DNA from: Sphingomonas bacterium
Lineage (GTDB): Bacteria; Pseudomonadota; Alphaproteobacteria; Sphingomonadales; Sphingomonadaceae
DNA length: 47,025 bases
Reading direction: 5' to 3'
Assembly: GCA_028823055.1 (NCBI GenBank)
Contig: JAPKCG010000001.1
Coordinates: 1-47,025, forward strand
Shown: positions 20,868 through 30,569 of the stretch, one piece after another
How positions within the stretch are numbered: the stretch's first letter is position 1
Layout: every line of letters starts with the position of its first letter
Notes under the pieces: generated by a model
What the model was told of the DNA's origin: nothing
Database searches by the model: none
The model's input: the letters and a program-made list of their open reading frames with translations, nothing else
Position numbers and translations under genes: made by a program

Positions 20868-21133
20868 CAGTATTTCGAGATCGCACGGAATTGCTCGATC
20901 GCGTGCTGCGGCCCCTCCCCTTCCTCGGCGTGAACGAGGCAATGATCGATATGATCGTTGATGAGAGCACGCTTGGCGCTGGCGATGGCGTTCTCGACCG
21001 CCTGGAGCTGCTGCGCGAGATCGACGCAGGGGCGCTCCTCCTCGATCATTCCGACGATGCTGCGCAAATGGCCCGCAGCACGGTTCAGTCGCTTGATGAT
21101 GGCCGGGTGACTGGTGTGAGCATCGTGCGCCAT
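20864..21133 (-). CDS. nreA: CsoR/RcnR-family metal-sensing repressor (NreA/NcrB-like)
   Basis: N-terminal His, KRLNRAAGHL, PCVDLAQQL, DHIDHCL. Confidence 0.88.
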   Translation of the reverse strand: MAHDAHTSHPAIIKRLNRAAGHLRSIVGMIEEERPCVDLAQQLQAVENAIASAKRALINDHIDHCLVHAEEGEGPQHAIEQFRAISKYW

Positions 21134-21170
21134 TCCCCGTTATAATGCCGGCTACCCACTCATGTCGAGC

Positions 21171-21209
21171 ATCCCCCATAGGGGATAGACTCAATCCCCC
21201 CAGGGGGAT
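21171..21209. promoter_or_regulatory. Tandem C/G-tract operators of CsoR/RcnR type
   Basis: ATCCCC-CATA-GGGGAT (21171-21186) and ATCCCCC-CA-GGGGGAT (21194-21209) between the divergent nreA and nreB. Confidence 0.8.
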
Positions 21210-21219
21210 ATGCGCCCCT

Positions 21220-22533
21220 ATGCTCAACGTTCTCGCCAACCGGACTTATCGCCACCTGTTCCTTGCGCAGATCATCGCGTTGATCGGAACGGGTCTCGCG
21301 ACCGTGGCGCTCGGCTTGCTCGCCTATGATATTGCCGGAGGAAGCGCCGGTGCCGTGCTGGGAACCGCCCTAGCCATCAAGATGGTCGCCTATATCGGCG
21401 TCGCGCCGATCGCCGGCGCGTTCGCCAACCATGTCCCCCGGCGCGCGCTGCTGGTCGGGATGGACGTGATCCGGGCCGTGGTCGCGCTGTGCCTCCCGTT
21501 CGTGAGCCAGGTCTGGCAAGTCTATGTTCTGATCTTTGTGCTCCAATCGGCATCGGCCGCGTTCACGCCGACCTTCCAGGCCACCATTCCCGACGTCCTG
21601 CCCGAGGAGCGCGACTATACACGCGCGCTTTCGCTGTCGCGTCTCGCTTATGACATGGAAAGCCTGACGAGCCCGATCCTTGCGGCAGGGCTGCTCACGC
21701 TGATGAGCTATCACTGGCTCTTCTCCGGGACCGCGATCGGGTTCGTGTCGTCGGCGCTGCTAGTCGTTTCGACCGTCCTTCCCAAGCCGGCCCCCGTCGA
21801 GAACGAGGGCGGCATCTACGACAAGACGACACGCGGCACGCGCATCTATCTCGCCACCCCGCGGCTGCGCGGGTTGCTCGCGCTGACACTTTCAGCGGCT
21901 GCGGCGAGCGCAATGGTCATCGTGAACACCGTCGTCATCGTGCGCGGGATGGGGCTTGGTCAGCGCGACGTCGCGCTGACTCTCGCCGCGTTCGGAGGCG
22001 GCTCGATCACCGCCGCCCTCACCCTGCCTCGAATTCTCGACCGCATCACAGACCGGACCGTCATGCTCGCCGCCGCGGCCGTGCTGACATTGGCCCTCGC
22101 CACCCTCGCCGGGATCACCGCGACCATGGCACAAGGAGCCGCCTACTGGCACGTCCTGCTCGCCGGATGGCTTGTCCTGGGTATCGCCTATTCCGCGAGC
22201 GTAACGCCTTCAGGGCGGTTGCTGCGCCGTTCCGCCAACGCCGAGGACCGCCCGGCCCTCTTCGCCGCCCAATTCGCCCTCAGCCACGTCTGTTGGCTGA
22301 TCTGCTACCCGCTGGTCGGCCAGCTTGGCGCGCGCGTCAGCATGACGGCCGCATTTGGCGCGATGGCCGTGGTTGCGGCGCTTGGCACGCTTGTCGCATT
22401 CTGGATATGGCCGGCGAGCGACCCCGACGCCATCGCACACGAGCATGGCGACTTGACCACCAATGATCCGCACCTTCACGTTCATGCGCAGGGGGATCAC
22501 GCCTATGTCATCGACCGTCGACACCAGAAATAG
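21220..22533 (+). CDS. nreB: NreB/NcrA-like MFS nickel exporter
   Basis: MLNVLANRTYRHLFLAQIIALIGTG, LFAAQFALSH, His-rich C-terminal tail. Confidence 0.88.
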   Translation: MLNVLANRTYRHLFLAQIIALIGTGLATVALGLLAYDIAGGSAGAVLGTALAIKMVAYIGVAPIAGAFANHVPRRALLVGMDVIRAVVALCLPFVSQVWQVYVLIFVLQSASAAFTPTFQATIPDVLPEERDYTRALSLSRLAYDMESLTSPILAAGLLTLMSYHWLFSGTAIGFVSSALLVVSTVLPKPAPVENEGGIYDKTTRGTRIYLATPRLRGLLALTLSAAAASAMVIVNTVVIVRGMGLGQRDVALTLAAFGGGSITAALTLPRILDRITDRTVMLAAAAVLTLALATLAGITATMAQGAAYWHVLLAGWLVLGIAYSASVTPSGRLLRRSANAEDRPALFAAQFALSHVCWLICYPLVGQLGARVSMTAAFGAMAVVAALGTLVAFWIWPASDPDAIAHEHGDLTTNDPHLHVHAQGDHAYVIDRRHQK

Positions 22534-22550
22534 CCGGAACGGTGAAGCGC

Positions 22551-22579
22551 TTGCTCCACTCCGGCGCTCAGCCTACGCT
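22551..22579 (+). promoter_or_regulatory. Putative sigma70 promoter giving a leaderless transcript
   Basis: TTGCTC-17-TACGCT, 7 nt before ATG 22587; no SD. Confidence 0.45.
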
Positions 22580-22586
22580 TTTTGCA

Positions 22587-22934
22587 ATGGCGAAACGTGG
22601 TTCCCCATCTGCTTTGTTCGCCGCTATGCTGGCCATGATCGCCATGCTTGGAATTGTTACGCTTTCGGGGTGGCATAGCGCGATCGTCCACGGCCACGAT
22701 CCTGTTCGTGCTGCATCGATCGAGCATGACCATGATCGTGACGCAACCAGGACGAGCGACCTCGATGCGCCGATACACTCGCTCGCCCATGCAGCGGGCG
22801 AGTGGGTCGCGACAGCGGGACCGTTCGCGGCGCTCATGATGTCGTCCGTCGTTGGTAACGCTTGGCCTAGCGCTGACACTTCCTTCAGCGCCGGAATCGA
22901 CCCATCTGAACTGTTGAGACCTCCGCGCGGGTGA
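22587..22934 (+). CDS. Secreted His-rich leader protein ending LLRPPRG
   Basis: Hydrophobic N-terminus, HGH, HDHD, HSLAH; immediately upstream of czcC. Confidence 0.75.
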   Translation: MAKRGSPSALFAAMLAMIAMLGIVTLSGWHSAIVHGHDPVRAASIEHDHDRDATRTSDLDAPIHSLAHAAGEWVATAGPFAALMMSSVVGNAWPSADTSFSAGIDPSELLRPPRG

Positions 22935-22980
22935 GCCTCGCCGGCGCGAGCGTGCCGACAGGCCCATTCTCCAGAGGATC
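22918..22980 (+). promoter_or_regulatory. Stem-loop spanning the leader stop codon and czcC SD
   Basis: GGGUGAGCCU/AGGCCCAUUC, inner CGGCGC/GUGCCG, outer CCUC (22920-22923, in the Pro-Pro codons) pairing with SD GAGG (22974-22977). Confidence 0.55.
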
Positions 22981-22987
22981 GATGATT

Positions 22988-24247
22988 ATGAACGGCTATA
23001 TTGGCCGGCGACGCGCGTTCGCGTTGGCCGGCACGCTTGCGGCGCTGTCGTCTGTGGGCACGGCGTGGGCACAGACCGCTCCGCCTTTCGCGCAGCTCTT
23101 AAACCAAAGCCGCGACACCCCTCGCGTCGCAGTGCTGGACGCCGAAGTTGCGCGAGCGCGCGGTCTTGCCGAGCAAGCCCGCGCGCGTCCCAATCCGTCG
23201 GTCAGCGTCTATGCCGAGAACTTCATCGGCGACCGGTCCCGCAACGCGACTGACCAGCAGCAGACGACGTTTCAGATCGATCAGCCGCTCGAACTTGGCG
23301 GTAAGCGATCGGCGCGGATCGCTGCCGGTGAGGCCGGCATCGTCGCCGCCCAGGTACGCGGGCTCGACGGCCGCCTTGCCTATGCGACCGAGCTAGCGCG
23401 CGCCTATGCGGGGGCCGAGATCGCGCAGCGGCGGATCAGCGTCGCACAGAGTCAAGCCGACGAAGCTGCCGCTGACTTGAGGGTCGCGCGCGCGCTGGTC
23501 GACGCAGGCAAGGAAGCACGGCTGCGCCAGCTTCAGGCCGAAACCGAACTCAACACGGCTCAGGCCGAGCTGGAGATAGCCCGCGCGCAGCAGACCGTCG
23601 CCCTGGCGCGCCTGTCGGCGCTGGCGGGCGTTCCAACCTCGTTTACCGGCATATCGGAATCCCTGCTCGACCGGCTGAACGCCAAGCCCTCGTTCGGGCC
23701 GATCGATCCGATGCAGGCGACGACGGTGCGCGTGGCGGAGGCCGAGCGCGAGGCCGCAGCGCGGGCCGTGACGGTGCAGCAGCGCCTCGCTATCCCTAAC
23801 ATTACCGCCCAGGTCGGCGTGCGCCAGCTTCGCGTAGCGAGCGGCCCAGCCGTCGTCGCCGGCATCGCAGTCCCGCTGCCCTTCTTTGATCGCAACCGCG
23901 GCAACATCGCCGCCGCGCGTGCCGAGCTTCAAGGTGCCGAAGCGCGAGCGGCCACAGCACGCCTCGATGCTGAAACTGGCGTGCGCGCCGGGCTGGCGCT
24001 CGTCGAGGCGGCCGATCAGCGCGCTGCGGCGACCGAACGGACGCTTGCGACCGCCAACGAGGGCTACCGGCTTGCCCGGATCGCTTACGAGGCGGGCAAG
24101 TCACCGCTGATCGAACTCATTGCGGCGCGGCGCAGTCTCGGCCTCGCCCGCGGCACCGTCCTTGATGCCCAGGCGAGCCGCCTCGACGCCCGCGCCACTC
24201 TCGCCCGCCTACAGGGCCTCACCATCACCGGAGAACCGGTCCAATGA
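22988..24247 (+). CDS. czcC: CzcC-family outer membrane factor
   Basis: RPNPSV, QPLELGGKRSAR, PLPFFDRNRG, YEAGKSPLIEL; start inferred from SD spacing. Confidence 0.9.
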   Translation: MNGYIGRRRAFALAGTLAALSSVGTAWAQTAPPFAQLLNQSRDTPRVAVLDAEVARARGLAEQARARPNPSVSVYAENFIGDRSRNATDQQQTTFQIDQPLELGGKRSARIAAGEAGIVAAQVRGLDGRLAYATELARAYAGAEIAQRRISVAQSQADEAAADLRVARALVDAGKEARLRQLQAETELNTAQAELEIARAQQTVALARLSALAGVPTSFTGISESLLDRLNAKPSFGPIDPMQATTVRVAEAEREAAARAVTVQQRLAIPNITAQVGVRQLRVASGPAVVAGIAVPLPFFDRNRGNIAAARAELQGAEARAATARLDAETGVRAGLALVEAADQRAAATERTLATANEGYRLARIAYEAGKSPLIELIAARRSLGLARGTVLDAQASRLDARATLARLQGLTITGEPVQ

Positions 24248-25404
24248 CCGATAGAAATCGCCTCTACACCGGCGCCGCCATCGGGCTGGTCGCTGCCGCT
24301 GCGCTCGGCTTTGGAGCCGCGCGCCTGACCCAATCACCGGTGCTGGCACCCGCGCCTATACAAACGACGGCGCCGGCCACGCCCGCGAGCGCGGTGGCAA
24401 TGACCCCACAGGCGGTTGCGATGTCGCAGATCACGGTCGCGCCTGCCGCGTCCGGCGAGCTGGACGCGGCGATCCTCGCATCGGCCACGGTCGGCTCCAC
24501 GCCGGATGCCGAGGCGGTGCTGACCGCGAGCGCCCCCGGTACTGTCACGCGCATCTTTTTGGCGATTGGTGATCCTGTCCGCGCCGGGCAGACGCTCGCC
24601 CTGGTCGAGAGCCGCGACGCCTCGCAGATTGCGGCCGATCGCTCCGCCGCGTCGGCGCGGGTGACACTCGCTTCGCGCCAACTCGCACGCGAGCGCACGC
24701 TATTTTCCCAAGGTGTCAGTCCTCGCGCCGACTTCGAGACCGCCCAGGCGAACTTTGCGGTGGCACAAGCCGACGCGCGCCGCGCCAGCGCCGCAGCCGG
24801 CGCGGCGCGGGTATCCGGTGACGGCCGCTCCGTTGCGGTCGTCAGCCCCGTGTCGGGGCGCGTGACGAGCGCCGCGGCCAATCTCGGCCAGTTCGTCGCG
24901 GCTGAAACCGAGCTGTTCCGGGTCGCCGATCCGCGCAGGCTCCAGATTACCGCGAGCGTGCCACCCGCCGACGCTGGGCGTGTCCGCACGGGCGACCGTG
25001 TGGAGCTGACCACCAGCGACGGCCGATCGATCGAGGGTCGCGTCCGCTCGGCAACGGGTGTCGTCGACCCGCAGTCGCGCACCGCAACGGTGGTCGTGAC
25101 CCCGACCGCAGGAACCAGCACGCTATCCCCCGGCCAGCTCGTCCAGGCGCGCATCCTCGCCAGTGGCGGGGCGACCAAGAGCGGCGTGATGATCCCACAG
25201 GACGCGGTGCAAACGCTCGGTGATCAAACCGTGGTGTTCGTTCGCACGCGCAGCGGCTTCAAGGCGCAGCCGATCCGCATCGGCAGTCGGTCGGGCGGCA
25301 TGGTCGCCGTCGCCGACGGCCTCGCCGCCGGCACGCCGATCGCCACCATCAACGCCTTCCTGCTCAAGGCCGAGCTGGAGAAGAACGAGGGAGGTGAGGG
25401 ATGA
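24244..25404 (+). CDS. czcB: CzcB-family membrane fusion protein
   Basis: N-terminal anchor, lipoyl/hairpin MFP core, NAFLLKAEL C-terminus. Confidence 0.92.
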   Translation: MTDRNRLYTGAAIGLVAAAALGFGAARLTQSPVLAPAPIQTTAPATPASAVAMTPQAVAMSQITVAPAASGELDAAILASATVGSTPDAEAVLTASAPGTVTRIFLAIGDPVRAGQTLALVESRDASQIAADRSAASARVTLASRQLARERTLFSQGVSPRADFETAQANFAVAQADARRASAAAGAARVSGDGRSVAVVSPVSGRVTSAAANLGQFVAAETELFRVADPRRLQITASVPPADAGRVRTGDRVELTTSDGRSIEGRVRSATGVVDPQSRTATVVVTPTAGTSTLSPGQLVQARILASGGATKSGVMIPQDAVQTLGDQTVVFVRTRSGFKAQPIRIGSRSGGMVAVADGLAAGTPIATINAFLLKAELEKNEGGEG

Positions 25405-28400
25405 TCGAGCGCATCCTTTCGACATCGGTGCATCTGCGCTGGCTTGTCGCCTTTCTCACCCTTGTTATTGTCGGCATCGGCGGGTGGCAAATCACGAAGC
25501 TGCCGATCGACGCCGTGCCCGACGTCACCAACCGGCAGGTGCAGATCAGCACGTTTGCGCCGACGCTCGGCCCCGTCGACATCGAGAAGCAGGTGACGTT
25601 CCCGGTCGAAACGGCGCTCGCCGGTATCCCCGGTTTGGAAATGACGCGCTCCTTCTCGCGTAACGGTTTCGCTCAAGTGACGGCCGTTTTCACCGACGCG
25701 ACCGACATCTACTTCGCGAGGGCGCAAGTCACCGAACGGCTCGCGCAGGCCAAGGAAAGCCTGCCCGCAGGCGTCCAGCCCATCCTTGCCCCGCTCAGCA
25801 CAGGCCTTGGCGAGATCTTCTTCTACTCGATCGCCTTCCGCCATCCCGACGGCAGGGGCGTGAAGGCCATCGACGGGAAACCTGGCTGGCAGTCGGACGG
25901 CAGCTATCTCACCCCCGAGGGCGAGCGGCTGACCACCGAACTCGCCAAGGCCGCCTATCTGCGCACCGTGCAGGACTGGATCATCCGGCCCCAGATGCGC
26001 ACCGTGAAAGGTGTCGCCGGCGTCGATTCCAACGGCGGCTACGTCAAACAATATCTGATCGAACCCAATCTCAATGCGCTTGCCTCCTACGGCCTCTCGA
26101 TCACCGAGTTGGCGAACGCGATGGAGCGGGCGAACCTGTCCGCCGGGTCGAACTATGTGCGCCGCGCCGGCGAGAGTTTTCTTGTCCGCGCCGACGCGCG
26201 TCTGAAATCGATTGAGGACATTCAGGAGGCCGTCGTCGCCACCCGCAACGGCGTGCCCGTGCGGGTGAAGGACGTGGGCCAGGTCGTGATCGGAGGCGCG
26301 GTGCGCACCGGCTCCGGTAGTCGCATGGGGTCGGAGGCAGTCATATCGACCGTGCTGATGCTCGTCGGCGAGAACAGCCGCATCGTCGCGACCAGCGTCG
26401 CCGGGAAACTGACCGAGATAAACAAGACCCTTCCACCCGACGTTTTCGCCGAGGCGGTTTATAACCGCTCCAAGCTCGTCAACGCGACCATCGCGACCGT
26501 CGAGAAGAACCTTGTCGAAGGTGCGCTTCTCGTCATCGTCGTGCTGTTCCTGTTGCTCGGCAACGTGCGTGCCGCGCTCATCACCGCCGCAGTGATTCCT
26601 ATCACCATGCTGATGACGGCGACCGGCATGAACGGGCTCGGCGTGTCGGGCAATCTGATGAGCCTTGGGGCGCTCGACTTCGGCCTGATCGTCGACGGCG
26701 CGGTCATCATCGTCGAGAATGCGCTGCGACGGCTCGCAGAACGGCAGGAGCATGAAAGCCGGCTACTCACCCTAAAAGAGCGGCTCAGCGAGGTCATAGG
26801 CGCTGCGCAAGAGATGATCCGGCCCACGGTCTATGGCCAAGCGATCATCTTCCTCGTCTTTGTCCCGTTGCTCACCTTCCAAGGCGTCGAGGGCAAGACT
26901 TTTGCGCCGATGGCGATCACGTTGATGGTCGCACTGGCGAGCGCCTTCGTGCTGTCCATCACGTTCGTGCCAGCGATGATTGCCATCGTAATCTCGGGAC
27001 GCGTCAGCGAGACGGAGGTGCGGCCGATCCGTTGGTTCAAGCAAAAGTATGCCCCGGTGCTCTCCAAGGCCATCCATCGGCCTATGCCCTTTATTGTAGG
27101 TGGCCTCGGCGTGTTCGCCGCTGCCGTGCTGTGTTTCGGACTCCTTGGGGAAGAGTTCATGCCGCAGCTCGACGAGAAGGACATCACCGTCACCAACTTC
27201 CGCGTGCCTTCCGCATCGATCGATCAATCGACGCAGATGCAGCTCCAGATCGAGAACGCGCTGAAGACGTTGCCGGAGGTGGCGCTGGTCTTCTCCAAAA
27301 ACGGCAACGCCGATCTCGGCACCGACCCAATGCCACCCAACGCCTCGGACACCTACGTCATCCCCAAGCCCGCCAGCGAGTGGCCCGCCGATGTTCATAG
27401 CAAAGAAGACATCCTGCGCCGCATCGAGGAGCGCATGAAGCCGCTGATCGGCAACCGGACGGAGATCCAGCAGCCGATCCAGATGCGATTCAACGAGTTG
27501 ATCGCCGGCGTCCGGTCAGACGTGGCAATCAAGCTCTACGGCGACGATCTGGACCAGATGACCAAGCAAGCCCGGCTGATCGCCGCGGCCGTTCGCACCA
27601 TCCCCGGCGCCGGCGACGTAAGCGCCGAGCAGACCGATGGTGCGCCGACCTTCGATGTAAAGATCGATCGCCAGGCGGTTGCTCGCTACGACCTGACCAT
27701 CGAGGAGGTAGCAAACACCGTTGCGGCCGCACTAGGCGGCCGCGAGGCGGGTTTGCTGTTTGAGGGCGATCGGCGCTTTTCGGTCGTGGTCCGGCTCCCC
27801 GACGCGCAGCGCGATGATGTCGATACGCTTGGCTCCGTTCCCGTCATGCTGCCAGCGATCGACGGCCAGCCCGCACGTTCGATCCCACTGCGCGAGGTCG
27901 CACGGTTCAGCTATACCGAGGTGCTGAACCAGATCAGTCGCGAGAATGGCAAGCGCATGGTTATCGTTCAGGTCAACGTGCGGGGTCGCGACCTTGGCGG
28001 GTTTGTCGAGGAGGCGCAGGCAAAGATCGGGCAGATGCAGCTTCCCGCCGGCATGTATACGGAGTGGGGCGGCACCTTTCAAAGCCTGCAATCCGCGCGG
28101 CTCCGGCTGATGATCGTGGTGCCGATCTGTTTCGTCGCGATCTACGCCTTGCTCTACATGGCGCTTGGCGGCTTCATCCCCGCGGCGATCGTGTTCTCGG
28201 CGGTGCCGATGGCCCTAGCTGGCGGCGTGTTTGCCCTGCTGTTGCGCGGTATCCCGTTCTCTATCACCGCGGCAGTCGGCTTCATTGCCCTGTCGGGCGT
28301 GGCGGTTCTTAACGGGCTCGTGATGACGGGCGCGATCCGCAAACGCCGCGAGGAGGGCGACGATGACGATCAGGCTATTGCCGATGGCGCAATGGAGCGG

Positions 28401-28649
28401 GTGCGGCCCGTATTGATGACCGCCTTGGTAGCATCGCTCGGCTTTGTGCCGATGGCGCTCGCGACCGGAACTGGCGCCGAAGTGCAACGGCCATTGGCAA
28501 CCGTGGTTATTGGCGGCCTTATCACCTCGACGGCGCTGACTCTGTTGGTGTTGCCGGCAATCACAGCATGGACCGCGCGCTTGATGGCGGGTCGTCGGAC
28601 GAGGCGATTGCCAGTCGAAGCGGGCGCCGCTCCGGCAGCAGAATTGTGA
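25401..28649 (+). CDS. czcA: CzcA-family heavy-metal RND permease (copy 1)
   Basis: LPIDAVPDVTN, MSLGALDFGLIVDGAVIIVEN, RVRPVLMT. Confidence 0.95.
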   Translation: MIERILSTSVHLRWLVAFLTLVIVGIGGWQITKLPIDAVPDVTNRQVQISTFAPTLGPVDIEKQVTFPVETALAGIPGLEMTRSFSRNGFAQVTAVFTDATDIYFARAQVTERLAQAKESLPAGVQPILAPLSTGLGEIFFYSIAFRHPDGRGVKAIDGKPGWQSDGSYLTPEGERLTTELAKAAYLRTVQDWIIRPQMRTVKGVAGVDSNGGYVKQYLIEPNLNALASYGLSITELANAMERANLSAGSNYVRRAGESFLVRADARLKSIEDIQEAVVATRNGVPVRVKDVGQVVIGGAVRTGSGSRMGSEAVISTVLMLVGENSRIVATSVAGKLTEINKTLPPDVFAEAVYNRSKLVNATIATVEKNLVEGALLVIVVLFLLLGNVRAALITAAVIPITMLMTATGMNGLGVSGNLMSLGALDFGLIVDGAVIIVENALRRLAERQEHESRLLTLKERLSEVIGAAQEMIRPTVYGQAIIFLVFVPLLTFQGVEGKTFAPMAITLMVALASAFVLSITFVPAMIAIVISGRVSETEVRPIRWFKQKYAPVLSKAIHRPMPFIVGGLGVFAAAVLCFGLLGEEFMPQLDEKDITVTNFRVPSASIDQSTQMQLQIENALKTLPEVALVFSKNGNADLGTDPMPPNASDTYVIPKPASEWPADVHSKEDILRRIEERMKPLIGNRTEIQQPIQMRFNELIAGVRSDVAIKLYGDDLDQMTKQARLIAAAVRTIPGAGDVSAEQTDGAPTFDVKIDRQAVARYDLTIEEVANTVAAALGGREAGLLFEGDRRFSVVVRLPDAQRDDVDTLGSVPVMLPAIDGQPARSIPLREVARFSYTEVLNQISRENGKRMVIVQVNVRGRDLGGFVEEAQAKIGQMQLPAGMYTEWGGTFQSLQSARLRLMIVVPICFVAIYALLYMALGGFIPAAIVFSAVPMALAGGVFALLLRGIPFSITAAVGFIALSGVAVLNGLVMTGAIRKRREEGDDDDQAIADGAMERVRPVLMTALVASLGFVPMALATGTGAEVQRPLATVVIGGLITSTALTLLVLPAITAWTARLMAGRRTRRLPVEAGAAPAAEL

Positions 28650-28817
28650 CGCGCTCCGACCACGGACACGACCGCAGCGACCTGTCGGCTTGCACTGTGG
28701 GGCGGGTTTCAGATCAGTCGGTCGGCGCGGGTCGAATTGTATGAAAACAGGCGTACGATACCCGAGCGGGCGATACCGTCGTTACATCTTAATCGATAGG
28801 TGCTAGGGACGCGAACG

Positions 28818-29153
28818 ATGCGACGGCTGTCCGCCTTTTTTCTGTTTCTCATGCTCGCCATGTCGTTGGGCCTGGGATCGGCCGCGCATGCGCGTGAGAG
28901 CGTGACGTGTGTCGCGGCAACGGCGGCAGAATCGCTGGACCACAGCATCAGCGATTCTGACCAGGTGCCCGCCGATTCGGGCAAAGGCTACCCTCACCAC
29001 CATGCCGGATGCCACGGACACCATATCGCGGCACCAGTGACGGCCGATACGGTTGTGCCGATGGGCGTGATGCGTGTTCAGCCGCTAGCTTGGGATTACA
29101 GTCGCATGGCGCGCGCGCCGTCCGACCCCGCACTGCGACCGCCACAAGCCTGA
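28818..29153 (+). CDS. Secreted His/Cys leader protein ending PALRPPQA
   Basis: Signal peptide ending AHA, HHHAGCHGHH; paralog of 34170-34562. Confidence 0.8.
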   Translation: MRRLSAFFLFLMLAMSLGLGSAAHARESVTCVAATAAESLDHSISDSDQVPADSGKGYPHHHAGCHGHHIAAPVTADTVVPMGVMRVQPLAWDYSRMARAPSDPALRPPQA

Positions 29154-29207
29154 CGAACCCCCTACCCGCCGGCCACTGGTCCGGCGGGCTTTCAGGTTCG
29201 TCAGGAG
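29149..29207 (+). promoter_or_regulatory. Stem-loop pairing the leader stop with the czcC SD
   Basis: Perfect 11-bp CCTGACGAACC/GGTTCGTCAGG, inner CCCGCCGG/CCGGCGGG; SD AGGAG at 29203-29207. Confidence 0.8.
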
Positions 29208-29217
29208 TCCATCATTC

Positions 29218-30070
29218 ATGCACCGTGTCATCGCGGCCTTATTGGCCGTAACGTCATGCGCGTCGATCGCGCAGGCGCAGACTGTCCCCGAAACGGGCAC
29301 GTCCTCGTCGCCGGCCCCGACCGGGGACATACTCACTTTAGATACCGCGCTATCACAGGGCGGCGCAGCGTCCCCGTCTCTCGGGTCCGCAACCGCAGGC
29401 GTGCAGGCCGCGACCGCGGCCCGCACCGTTGCTGGCTTGCGCCCTAACCCGGAAGTCCAGGCGACAACCGAAAATGTCGTCGGGACCGGGCCTTATCAGG
29501 GCTTGCGCAGCGCGGAAACGACCGTGGGCGTCGCCGTTCCGCTAGAGCTTGGTGGCAAACGCCCTGCGCGCGTTGCGCTCGCCAACGCCCGCTTAACCCG
29601 TGCGCAGATACAATCGGCGATCGCGATCGCTGACCTGAGGCTACGGATCACGCAGCTCTACGTGCAAGCTGCCGCAGCCGAGCGACGGGCCGAGGTGCTG
29701 GGTGAGCAGGCCGGAATTGCCGCCAATGCGCTTCGCATAGCATCCGAGCGTGTCACTGCTGGCGCGGCATCCCCGATCGAGCAGCAACGGGCCGAGGTGC
29801 TTCGGATCAATGCGCAGGTCGCAGCCGAGAGCGCCGCACGAGAGGCGCAGGCCGCACGGTTCAACCTTACCGCGCTGATCGGTCAGCCAATCACCGGTCC
29901 CTTGGACCGCGCGTGGTTCGACCGAATATCCGGCTACGGCCCGCAGACTTCGGTCGACGTTGAAGGGACGTTGGCACTTGCTGCGGCGACCGCCGACGTC
30001 AACACGGCAACCGCACAAATCCGTGTCGCCCGTAGTCTGCGCACGCCCGATGTGACCGTAAGCGCCTATG
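29218..30070 (+). pseudogene. czcC: 3'-truncated czcC paralog
   Basis: Collinear with 34620-35903 up to PDVTVSA, then unrelated; reads in frame into the antitoxin. Confidence 0.85.
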
Positions 30071-30114
30071 CGCGGCAGTCGGGACCGGAGAATAACCCGG
30101 CACCTCCGCGATCC

Positions 30115-30148
30115 TTGACAGTCGAACGAATGTGCATATATTGTGCAT
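30115..30148 (+). promoter_or_regulatory. Putative TA promoter/operator
   Basis: Perfect TTGACA; AT-rich -10 region flanked by TGTGCAT direct repeats (30131, 30142). Confidence 0.6.
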
Positions 30149-30168
30149 CGTTCCAGCGGAGATGCGAG

Positions 30169-30567
30169 ATGGCGACGGCCTTCCTTGTCGATGAGCAACG
30201 CGCCACCCGGTTGGCGTCCGGCTTCGTCGCGAGCCTGCAGGAGCCAAGAACGCCGTATATATCGCCAAAGCGGGTCGCGCAGGCGCTCGGGGTTCAGCTA
30301 TCGCGGCTGGCGGAGATTGCGGGAGTCCATCGCAATACGCTCGCCAATCCCGCGTCGGAGCGGCTCCAGGATCGGTTGCGCGACATGGTGCGCGTGATCT
30401 TGGCCGCGGGCGAACTGACCGGCGACATGGAGCAGGCAATCTATTGGTTCAGGAACGAGCCGATCGTCACCCTCAAACGTCAGACGGCTGCCGAACTCGT
30501 CGCCGGCGGTCACGCGGATGCCGTGATGGCGCACCTTTCGGAGCTCGTTGACGGCGCGAACGGCTAG
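30169..30567 (+). CDS. Xre/MbcA/ParS-family antitoxin
   Basis: HTH (LAEIAGVHRNTL), AIYWFRNEPI...TAAELV; precedes a RES gene. Confidence 0.85.
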   Translation: MATAFLVDEQRATRLASGFVASLQEPRTPYISPKRVAQALGVQLSRLAEIAGVHRNTLANPASERLQDRLRDMVRVILAAGELTGDMEQAIYWFRNEPIVTLKRQTAAELVAGGHADAVMAHLSELVDGANG

Positions 30568-30569
30568 CC

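Noticed and set aside
20868-21239. N-terminal extension of the 322-aa CDF ORF
   Set aside because: Overlaps nreA in another frame and the operators; a coupled GTG at 20867 is more plausible.
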